Shown here: positions 37,483 through 45,352 of the stretch, in pieces
Layout of the letters: every line of letters starts with the position of its first letter
Position numbering within the stretch: position 1 is the first letter of the stretch
IMG/VR virus record: IMGVR_UViG_3300027754_000042
DNA length: 64,000 nt
From: a virus
Direction: 5' to 3' (one strand)
Made by a program: the position numbers and the translations under genes
Notes under the pieces: model-generated
What the model was told of the DNA's origin: nothing
The model's input: the letters and a program-made list of their open reading frames with translations, nothing else
Databases searched by the model: none

Positions 37483-38346
37483 ATGTTAAAAACAACCATG
37501 GCTGTACTCATGCTGGTGTTCTTATGTAACACCGCAGAAGCCGAACCCAAGAAGAAAGTTTCAGCGAAGACCGCGGAACGCTACTGTAACCTAAGCGTAC
37601 AAGACAGATACGCACATCTTGCAAAATTCTGCAAGCAGTTGCAAGCAAAGAGAGTAGTCCCAGCCGCAGCTGCTATTGTTGCGTCTACATATGATGACGA
37701 CACGCCTGCAAATTTCTTCAGACAGGATAGGGAGAGAGCCGAAGCATCACAGTTTTTTGCTGGTTGGCAAAAGCTAGATGCGCCACCGGTAGAGCATAAG
37801 AAGCCTAAAGCTAAACCGGTAATGGCTGTTATTGATTTGAATACCGAGCTTCCTAAGGGTAACACCAATGTATCTCAGTCGCATCCAGAACAACCTATGC
37901 GCCGTGAAAATCCACGCCCTGTGTTTGCACCAGAACCAGTGCGGATTGCGAGAGAGTGGGAAGGGCTAAATGTAAGAAACGACCGTTCCGATCTTACCAA
38001 GCTACTATCAGCTGGTAATGATATGAAGGTGGACCCAGTTCGTATTCCATGGTGTGCAGCTTTCGCAAATGCGGTATTAAATAAGGCTGGATACCAGGGC
38101 ACAGGTTCTCTATTAGCTCGCAGCTTTTTAGGGTACGGAATTCCTACTACATATCCAAGAGAAGGTGATATTGCGGTGTTTTCACGAGGCAAGAATAGCT
38201 CAGCAGGCCATGTTGGGTTCTATGTCGGTGAGGAAACTGTTGATGGTGTTAGATACATCAAGGTTCTTGGTGGTAACCAGAACAAAGAGGTTAGCGTAGC
38301 TTACTACCCAGCAAACAAGTTGCTGGGCTACAGAAAATTGGGCTAG
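37483..38346 (+). CDS. Secreted TIGR02594-family (NlpC/P60/CHAP-like) peptidoglycan hydrolase
   Basis: N-terminal signal peptide; motifs PWCAAF, GHVGF and LGGNQ. Confidence 0.8.
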   Translation: MLKTTMAVLMLVFLCNTAEAEPKKKVSAKTAERYCNLSVQDRYAHLAKFCKQLQAKRVVPAAAAIVASTYDDDTPANFFRQDRERAEASQFFAGWQKLDAPPVEHKKPKAKPVMAVIDLNTELPKGNTNVSQSHPEQPMRRENPRPVFAPEPVRIAREWEGLNVRNDRSDLTKLLSAGNDMKVDPVRIPWCAAFANAVLNKAGYQGTGSLLARSFLGYGIPTTYPREGDIAVFSRGKNSSAGHVGFYVGEETVDGVRYIKVLGGNQNKEVSVAYYPANKLLGYRKLG

Positions 38347-38379
38347 CATACAAGGAGGTGCCTTTTATTATGTTAGTCA

Positions 38380-38414
38380 GGGGGAAGCAATAACGCTTTC
38401 CCCTTTTTCGTTTT
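38380..38414 (+). terminator. Rho-independent terminator
   Basis: GGGGGAAGC...GCTTTCCCC followed by a T-rich tail. Confidence 0.8.
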
Positions 38415-38416
38415 AT

Positions 38417-38424
38417 TATAAATA
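38417..38424 (+). promoter_or_regulatory. T4-type late promoter
   Basis: TATAAATA ending 7 nt before ATG 38432. Confidence 0.8.
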
Positions 38425-38431
38425 GGGTACG

Positions 38432-39040
38432 ATGCTAAAATTCCGCGAGTTCATAGCTGAGGATGTTTCTGGTAGTCTGTCGGTGTTTGACATTGACGAC
38501 ACGCTATTCAGCACCACGACACAAGTCCTCGTCAGAAAAGATGGCAAGGTTGTTGAGAAATTAACACCAGCCGAGTTCAATGTGTACAAGCTAAAAGACG
38601 GTGAGGAATTTGACTTCGCTCAATTCCGATCATCTAAGGTGTTCGCTGATACCGCAAAGCCAATTGAGACTGTATTCAAGACGGCTAAGAAAATGATTAG
38701 CAGATTCCGTGCGCATCCTAACAAGCGCATTATCATCTGTACCGCTCGCGCGGATCTAGACGATAAGAAGCTGTTCCTTGATACGTTTAAAAAGTATGGC
38801 TTTGATATCACGCAGGTGCATGTGTATCGCGCAGGCAATATTAAAGCCCCAGGTGCAGAAGCCAAAAAGCAAATTGTTCGTGACCAACTAAAAGCTGGTA
38901 AGTATCAGGTAGCTAGAATGTTTGATGACGCTAAGGCCAACCTTGATAAGTTCATTGAACTGCATACCGAGTTTCCAAAGATTAATTTTGAAGCATTCCT
39001 AATCCATGAGGATGGAAGAATAACACGTTACAACGGATAA
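38432..39040 (+). CDS. HAD-superfamily phosphatase
   Basis: Motifs FDIDDTL, CTAR, K and FDD; MLKFREFIAE head-targeting-like N-terminus. Confidence 0.8.
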   Translation: MLKFREFIAEDVSGSLSVFDIDDTLFSTTTQVLVRKDGKVVEKLTPAEFNVYKLKDGEEFDFAQFRSSKVFADTAKPIETVFKTAKKMISRFRAHPNKRIIICTARADLDDKKLFLDTFKKYGFDITQVHVYRAGNIKAPGAEAKKQIVRDQLKAGKYQVARMFDDAKANLDKFIELHTEFPKINFEAFLIHEDGRITRYNG

Positions 39041-39056
39041 CAAGAAAGGTATAAGC

Positions 39057-39443
39057 ATGACATATATTCTAACACCAAATGGTCGTAGACCAATTGTTCC
39101 TATCAATGAATCCGCTGAGCAGGTAAATGATACCGAAATGGACATTGATTTTGATGTAGAACACTTTCTTGATTATGTCATGGAAAATTTCCCTGAGCTA
39201 ACCGAAAAGTACATTGAAGAAAACTACGAGCAGGTAGATGAGCTATCAAGAAAGACACTTGGTTCATATGCTTACAAGGCAGACAATCAGCTTGGTAAAG
39301 TTGATGCAACTGGTCCTAGTCACAAGGCTGGTATTCCAAGTCATTACAGAGGCAAGAACAAGGAACTTGGTAAAGATCCTGCGGATAAAATGAGAGCTAG
39401 AAAAGCAGGCATCAAGCTTGCAGTTAAGAAGTTGGATAGATGA
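39057..39443 (+). CDS. Hypothetical protein with one DELS-K-TLGSY repeat unit
   Basis: EQVDELSRKTLGSYAYKA...RKAGIKLAVKKL matches the repeats in 45353-47383. Confidence 0.65.
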   Translation: MTYILTPNGRRPIVPINESAEQVNDTEMDIDFDVEHFLDYVMENFPELTEKYIEENYEQVDELSRKTLGSYAYKADNQLGKVDATGPSHKAGIPSHYRGKNKELGKDPADKMRARKAGIKLAVKKLDR

Positions 39444-39456
39444 GGTATAATGGCAA

Positions 39457-40260
39457 ATGGCAAATAAAGGTTTACAATTTGAATGGTGCATCTACCATCT
39501 CGTAGCTAAAGTGGATCCTAAAAAATTTGCTAACGATGCAAATGCCAAAACAGCCAAGGCCAATTACGCCACGGCTGATGCAGATGTAAAAAAAGATGCC
39601 GAATATGCTATCGTTATGATACAAAAAGCGTATGGTAAAATCAAAGATATCGAAAAAACATCTGGTGGTGGGGTAGAACCGAAAACTGATCTATATATTA
39701 CATGCGCTAAGAAAGCAATCAAATGCTCTCTAAAGCATGGTGGTTCTATTCAACTATCATCTGGTGGTATTAAAACGACAGTAAAATTTCTCAATGGTGT
39801 ATTGAAGAATGTGTCAAAGAAGCCTGGGTATGACGCTAAAAAAATCAAATCAATAATGTCTGTTCTAGCTGAATTAGATGAGGGATATGGTGATCTTGGG
39901 AAAATGCGTAGAACACAAGCTGACGTTGTGTTAGGGAAAGCACAGCGATACAATGACCTTCTTCAAAATATTTTAGGATCTGGTAAAAATCCTGTGGTTT
40001 CAAAAGAGTATGAAAAAATAAAATTAGCTATTATTGAAGAAGCGATAACAGGGAAATACACTTTTGGTGCAACATCAAAATTGGCAGCAGATCATATCTT
40101 ATCCGACAAAAAACTAGAATTGGTTACACCAGCACTCATCAAAACCGTTTCAGATAAAACTTCAGTTAGAATTAGACTTAAGGGTCGTGGTAAAGAAATG
40201 GTTGCCGGTAAAGAAGTTAGATTGAATGAAGTGGTAGTTAGCTTTGACACTAAAGCGTAG
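39457..40260 (+). CDS. Putative PD-(D/E)XK endonuclease
   Basis: QFE...PKTDL...SLK pattern; basic protein; AT-rich gene. Confidence 0.6.
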   Translation: MANKGLQFEWCIYHLVAKVDPKKFANDANAKTAKANYATADADVKKDAEYAIVMIQKAYGKIKDIEKTSGGGVEPKTDLYITCAKKAIKCSLKHGGSIQLSSGGIKTTVKFLNGVLKNVSKKPGYDAKKIKSIMSVLAELDEGYGDLGKMRRTQADVVLGKAQRYNDLLQNILGSGKNPVVSKEYEKIKLAIIEEAITGKYTFGATSKLAADHILSDKKLELVTPALIKTVSDKTSVRIRLKGRGKEMVAGKEVRLNEVVVSFDTKA

Positions 40261-40284
40261 TATCTGACCGGTTACAACATCCTT

Positions 40285-40313
40285 ATTATACCATGGAAAT
40301 ATTAATTTGTCAA
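40285..40313 (-). promoter_or_regulatory. Consensus sigma70 promoter on the minus strand (second copy)
   Basis: Minus strand reads TTGACA-N17-TATAAT with extended TG; same downstream sequence as the 8949-8977 copy. Confidence 0.75.
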
Positions 40314-40317
40314 GTAT

Positions 40318-40325
40318 TATAAATA
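40318..40325 (+). promoter_or_regulatory. T4-type late promoter
   Basis: TATAAATA. Confidence 0.8.
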
Positions 40326-40390
40326 GACGAGCAGAAAGCTAAGGCAGTCCTGCATGGTCGCGGTTAGGGTACGCCAATCCCGCTAGGAGT

Positions 40391-41575
40391 ATGATGAAAA
40401 GATTCAAGAGCTTCGTGGTAGAAGCTGCGTTTTCGTCTGAGGAAGACAAGTCGCACTATACCCACATTGAAGACGAGATTTATGTTTCTGGAAAGAAGTC
40501 CATTGCTAAGATCAGTGGTTACTTCCATGACCTCATAAAGGGCATTCCTGAAACTGTAAATCAAACTAAGATCGACGGTGCTCCTAGCGTATTCTATGGC
40601 TATCAGAATGGTAAGTTCTTTGTAGCGACCAAATCAATCTTCAACAAAGATCCTAAGGTCAATTTCACCGTAGACGACATTGAGCGTAATCACGGCCACG
40701 CACCAGGGCTCGTAGCTAAACTAAAGCTCGCTCTAGAATATTTCCCCTACATTACAAACAACAAGAATGAGATCCTTCAAGGCGATATGATGTTCGCTAA
40801 GGTTGACCTGAAGAAGGTTGACATTGAAGGTGTCCAGCACTGGTTGTTCAAACCAAACACAGTTATCAATGCGGTACCTGTGAACTCGGTGCTTGGTAGA
40901 GAGATTGCTAAGTCGGTTGTTGGATTCGCACCGCATACTAAGTACAATGCATCTGGTAGTCGCGTGACAATTCAAGCGCGTGACATGAAGAAAAACTCAC
41001 ATGTGTTCCTGATGCCAATTGATGCGCCATCGTTGGATCATGTTGGTCATTTGAAGGCCCATATCACAGAGGTCGATAAGCTCCTTGCATCTATACCGGG
41101 TGATGCGTTTGCATACATTTCATCCGAAGAGATGAATCCACATTTTCTTGCATATGCCAACTATGTGATCCGTAATAACACCGATCAGTCGTATGCTGGT
41201 TTCCTTGCGTATATGAAAGAGAAGCTTCAGAAGTTCATTGACAAGGCTGCTAGTGAAAAAGGTAAAGCTTCAAAGCAGGTGGTATATGATACCATTACCA
41301 GCCAAATTGAATCCAATAAAAACCTAATCACAAATGTCCTTGATGTTCACAACAAGCTTGCTGATATCAAGGACAAGATTATTGACGAGCTAGACACATA
41401 TCAACCTATTCGTAGATATTTTGAGAATGAGTTTGGTGCGTTGGTAAAGACAAATCCAGAAGGTTATGTTCTTCTCGGTAAGCACGGTACTGCAAAGCTA
41501 GTCAAGCGCCGCGTATTCAGTATGCAGAACTTTGCTCAGGGTTCATTCAGAAAGGCGGCACCGAAAGATGAGTAA
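40391..41575 (+). CDS. Conserved T4-like protein with ligase-like nucleotidyltransferase motifs (DUF6267-like)
   Basis: Motifs HIED, KIDG (KxDG), QGDMMF, PEGYV and AKLVKR. Confidence 0.65.
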   Translation: MMKRFKSFVVEAAFSSEEDKSHYTHIEDEIYVSGKKSIAKISGYFHDLIKGIPETVNQTKIDGAPSVFYGYQNGKFFVATKSIFNKDPKVNFTVDDIERNHGHAPGLVAKLKLALEYFPYITNNKNEILQGDMMFAKVDLKKVDIEGVQHWLFKPNTVINAVPVNSVLGREIAKSVVGFAPHTKYNASGSRVTIQARDMKKNSHVFLMPIDAPSLDHVGHLKAHITEVDKLLASIPGDAFAYISSEEMNPHFLAYANYVIRNNTDQSYAGFLAYMKEKLQKFIDKAASEKGKASKQVVYDTITSQIESNKNLITNVLDVHNKLADIKDKIIDELDTYQPIRRYFENEFGALVKTNPEGYVLLGKHGTAKLVKRRVFSMQNFAQGSFRKAAPKDE

Positions 41576-44366
41576 ATCTATCGTTATCGTACCGCTTGGT
41601 CGTTTCAATCCGCCACACAAAGAACACGCGCACCTAGTTGACGCAGTTATCAAGCTTGCTAAATCAACACACAGCGATGCCAAAGTTTTTGTTTCGCGCA
41701 CCGTCAATAAGAAGAAAGATCCACTGACACCACAGGAAAAGATCCGATTCCTGAATAAGATGTTTCCTGGTCATAAGAAACTATTTGATGTGCCACCGAT
41801 TTCTAATCCATCAATGGTTGGCGTACTAAAGAGTTTGTCTGGTAAATATGATACCATGCATATCGTATTGGGTGACGATAGAGTTGCAGAAATAAAAGCG
41901 TTTGTTGATAAGTACAACGGAACAGATTACAACTACGATAAGATCGAGGTTCATTCTCGCCACTCTATCGTAAACACTCGCGTTGGTGATCTTGATGGCG
42001 TTCACGCATCCGACATTCGCAAGTGGGCCCAAGCTGGTGACTTTGCTAAGGTCAGAGATGCTATGTCGGAACATCTTACCGATGCAGATGTAAAGCAAAT
42101 GATCCGCATCATCCAATCGCGTCTAGGAAAAACAATGAATGAATCCGTAGTTGCTGAGGAAGAAATTCCACTACCATCTGACGCTGAGATTGATAGATAT
42201 CTTGACAAGCTAACCGATATGAGTGAGCTGGATCTTCGCGATGAAGATGCTATGATGTTGGATATGATTGCGTATGATGATGAACCAAAGAATGTTCATG
42301 AAGGCCTAACATCTCAGCAACGCCAGAAGCGTTCACAAAAGATGAAATCTATGAGCAAGCGTCTTGCTCGTCTGCGTAAGCTTAAATCAAAGCAGATGCC
42401 AGCTGGGCAACGCCTACGCCTTCGTGCGCGTAAGGCTGCTATTATGATCCTTCGCGCTCGCGCAAGCGGCCGCAAGAACCTAGATTATAATGCGCTATCA
42501 CGTTCGCAGCGCATCTCAGTTGATAATGCATTGACACAGCGTTTTGGTAAATCACTAAAGGGTGCTATCAATAGAATAGCCACACGCATTCTTCCACGTA
42601 TCCGTAGCAAAGCGCAGGCTTCTGTAGCGCAGGCTCGCTCATCTACAAACGAGGCATTTCACATGTTCCTAGAAGGCAAAGAAGGTTCTGCAAAAGACAG
42701 AGCAACAGATATCAAGCAAGCAAAAGCAAAGAAGATTTCGGTATCAGATTGGGAAAAATCAAAAGCTGATGTCGCACATGATAGCCCATTGCATATTGAC
42801 GCAACAAAAATTGTTTCAACAGATGTTGACCCTACAACGGTTGATCGTTCAGCGCCAAATCCAAAGCATACAACACATGGTGGTGGTAAGCGTCTTGCTC
42901 AATTTCGTATGCGTACCGAAGCACGTTCAAGCGCAGCCGATGCTGTAGATGCTGGCGATACCAATATCATCTATCAAATGCGTAAGGTTATCATCGCTCG
43001 CGGTGAGCATGAGGTGGTATTTGGTGATAAGCACAAGGTAAAGATTTCTGTGGTTGATGCGAGAAAGATGTTGGATCTATTTGATAGAACACGTTTGCCA
43101 GCTGATAAACAAAAGCTAACCGTTGCAGCTAGTAAGAGTTTGACTGCATTTAGAAATGTTTTGTCACATGGTATTCCAAAAGACAAGCCAAAAATTTCTC
43201 TTGGTGGCAGAAAGCTTGATGAGGTATCATTCAATGCTCGCAATTGGAATCCAAATGATTCTGATGCACCTCCTGGTATCACACAAGCTAATGAAAAGAA
43301 GAAGCCAGCAGTAAAGGAAGATTCGGAAGATCCAAATCAGTCGCGTCGTCTGAATCAAAAGATGGATGTTCTATTGCGTCTCGGCCTTGTTGACACAACC
43401 GAGCTTCAAGGTTATCGTCGTGCGTTGCGTAGTAGCAAGCAGTTTGCTTTGCAAAGCCCACAGCTTCGTAAGAACCTTGCTGATCTATTAGACAAGCTTA
43501 TTGATTTGACTACGCAAGATCCTGCAACATATTCTCGCGTTCGTTATAACGTAGTGAATAAGGAACTTGATAGTCAACCAAATCCTGATCTACGCAAGAA
43601 AGCAAAGAAGTCTGGTGTATCTGAAGGTGTTTTGAATCAGGTGTTCGCTCGTGAAATGGCTGAATCAAACAATGTCAGTCGCGCATATAATCGCGTGGAC
43701 TCATTTATTGCTGGCGGCTTCGCTGCTAAGTTGGATGAGGATCTAGCTGAAGATGGCGGGTATAAGAGTCCAACCGGTGGGTTAACTCAAAAGGGCCGAG
43801 ATCGCTATAATAGAGAAACTGGTGGTAATCTGCAAGCCCCAGTTACTACACCACCATCTAAATTAAAAGCTGGATCAAAAGCCGCTGGTCGTCGTAAATC
43901 ATTCTGCGCTCGCATGAGTGGTGTTGACGGACCGATGAAGAAACCAAACGGTGAGCCATCTCGTAAAGCCTTAGCATTGCGTAAGTGGAACTGCCGTAGC
44001 GAAGAAACAAGCGTTGACGAAAAGCGTGGACTATGGGATAATATTCACGCTAAACAGAACCGTATCAAGAATGGTTCTGGCGAGCATATGCGTAAGCCAG
44101 GTTCTGAAGGATCTCCATCAAACAAGGATCTCAGAGTTTCAAGAACAGAAGATATTACGGCCCGCCATGCATCCCATAAAGTGATTCGCGTGAAAGACGG
44201 CAGTAACTTCAGATATCGTAAGGTATATGAAGAACCTATTAGTATAGCTAAATATTCAGTTGACAAGCCGATTGTTGGCGATGCAGCCGATGGTCCAGAT
44301 AAGGTCACAAAGACACCAGCACATTTCAAAGAGATTCGTAAGGCGCTTGCTGGTAAACGAGAATAA
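41568..44366 (+). CDS. Cytidyltransferase-like domain fused to multiple small virion-associated domains
   Basis: N-terminal GRFNPPHKEH, GDDR and ASDIR; C-terminal RRKSFCARMSG...LRKWNC and GLWDNIHAK modules. Confidence 0.75.
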   Translation: MSKSIVIVPLGRFNPPHKEHAHLVDAVIKLAKSTHSDAKVFVSRTVNKKKDPLTPQEKIRFLNKMFPGHKKLFDVPPISNPSMVGVLKSLSGKYDTMHIVLGDDRVAEIKAFVDKYNGTDYNYDKIEVHSRHSIVNTRVGDLDGVHASDIRKWAQAGDFAKVRDAMSEHLTDADVKQMIRIIQSRLGKTMNESVVAEEEIPLPSDAEIDRYLDKLTDMSELDLRDEDAMMLDMIAYDDEPKNVHEGLTSQQRQKRSQKMKSMSKRLARLRKLKSKQMPAGQRLRLRARKAAIMILRARASGRKNLDYNALSRSQRISVDNALTQRFGKSLKGAINRIATRILPRIRSKAQASVAQARSSTNEAFHMFLEGKEGSAKDRATDIKQAKAKKISVSDWEKSKADVAHDSPLHIDATKIVSTDVDPTTVDRSAPNPKHTTHGGGKRLAQFRMRTEARSSAADAVDAGDTNIIYQMRKVIIARGEHEVVFGDKHKVKISVVDARKMLDLFDRTRLPADKQKLTVAASKSLTAFRNVLSHGIPKDKPKISLGGRKLDEVSFNARNWNPNDSDAPPGITQANEKKKPAVKEDSEDPNQSRRLNQKMDVLLRLGLVDTTELQGYRRALRSSKQFALQSPQLRKNLADLLDKLIDLTTQDPATYSRVRYNVVNKELDSQPNPDLRKKAKKSGVSEGVLNQVFAREMAESNNVSRAYNRVDSFIAGGFAAKLDEDLAEDGGYKSPTGGLTQKGRDRYNRETGGNLQAPVTTPPSKLKAGSKAAGRRKSFCARMSGVDGPMKKPNGEPSRKALALRKWNCRSEETSVDEKRGLWDNIHAKQNRIKNGSGEHMRKPGSEGSPSNKDLRVSRTEDITARHASHKVIRVKDGSNFRYRKVYEEPISIAKYSVDKPIVGDAADGPDKVTKTPAHFKEIRKALAGKRE

Positions 44367-44387
44367 GTTCAAAATAAAAAAGGAGAA

Positions 44388-44666
44388 GTGAAAATGGATA
44401 TGGATGTAATTATTGGTTGCGTTATTTTTCTAGCTATTGTTGGGTATTTGGTATATGCAAAGCCATGGAAAAATGAAGAGTTTATTGTTGCTGATGAGCA
44501 AGAAGCTAAAGCAGCAGTTGAAGAAGTAAAGGCTGAAGAAACGGTTGTCGTCGTTGTACCAGAGCCAGAGCCTGTTGTGGAAGCTGTTGTGGAAGAAGCA
44601 CCAGTCGTTGTTATTGAGCCAGAAGATGCGCCTAAGCCTAAGAGAGGCAGAAAAGGGAAGAACTAA
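44388..44666 (+). CDS. Small membrane-anchored protein
   Basis: N-terminal TM helix, acidic Pro/Val linker and a basic tail. Confidence 0.65.
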   Translation: MKMDMDVIIGCVIFLAIVGYLVYAKPWKNEEFIVADEQEAKAAVEEVKAEETVVVVVPEPEPVVEAVVEEAPVVVIEPEDAPKPKRGRKGKN

Positions 44667-45103
44667 TGGATGAGCTTTCAGAACTACTCAAGAAATCACT
44701 CGCTACAACCTTTGCGTTTTATCTGAAGGCTCATAACTTTCACTGGAACGTAGAAGGTCCATTCTTCTCGCAGTACCATGAATTTTTTGAAACTCTATAC
44801 ACCGATGCGTTTGAAGCTACCGATGGCCTTGCAGAACACATTCGCGCATTGAATGTTTATGCGCCAGGTTCATTCAAGCGTTTTGGTGAGCTATCAACCA
44901 TTCAGGATGAGCTAACAGTTCCTAATGCTGCTGGTATGTTAAATCGTTTGTACGATGATAACAATGCAGTTATTGCTACGCTTGTTCCTGCACAGAAAGC
45001 AGCGGAGGTTGCTGGTGCGGTAGGAATTGAAAACTACCTACAAGACCGTATTGATATTCATAACAAACACGCTTGGATGTTGAGAGCGACAAAGAAGAGC
45101 TAA
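44666..45103 (+). CDS. dps: Dps / ferritin-like DNA protection protein
   Basis: Motifs KAHNFHWNVEG, HEFFE, D.LAEHIR and HNKHAWML. Confidence 0.93.
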   Translation: MDELSELLKKSLATTFAFYLKAHNFHWNVEGPFFSQYHEFFETLYTDAFEATDGLAEHIRALNVYAPGSFKRFGELSTIQDELTVPNAAGMLNRLYDDNNAVIATLVPAQKAAEVAGAVGIENYLQDRIDIHNKHAWMLRATKKS

Positions 45104-45114
45104 GAAAGGTAATT

Positions 45115-45351
45115 ATGTCATATCGTAGCTTAGAAAACACAATTCGTTTTGGCCCTATCAAAGAAGAAAAGGACTACGAAGGGCAGATGGCCCGCGCACA
45201 GTTGCAGATAATTGCACAGCGCGCCTCCGCTCTTGCTGATATGATGAAAGACGATATGCAGCTAGAAGCTTGGGTACAGAGCAAGATCACAATGGCTGAA
45301 GATTATGTAACAACAGTCCACGATTATATGACTACTAGAAAGGGTAACTAA
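45115..45351 (+). CDS. Conserved T4-like hypothetical protein
   Basis: DYEGQMARAQL...LEAWVQSKITMAEDY. Confidence 0.7.
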   Translation: MSYRSLENTIRFGPIKEEKDYEGQMARAQLQIIAQRASALADMMKDDMQLEAWVQSKITMAEDYVTTVHDYMTTRKGN

Positions 45352-45352
45352 A

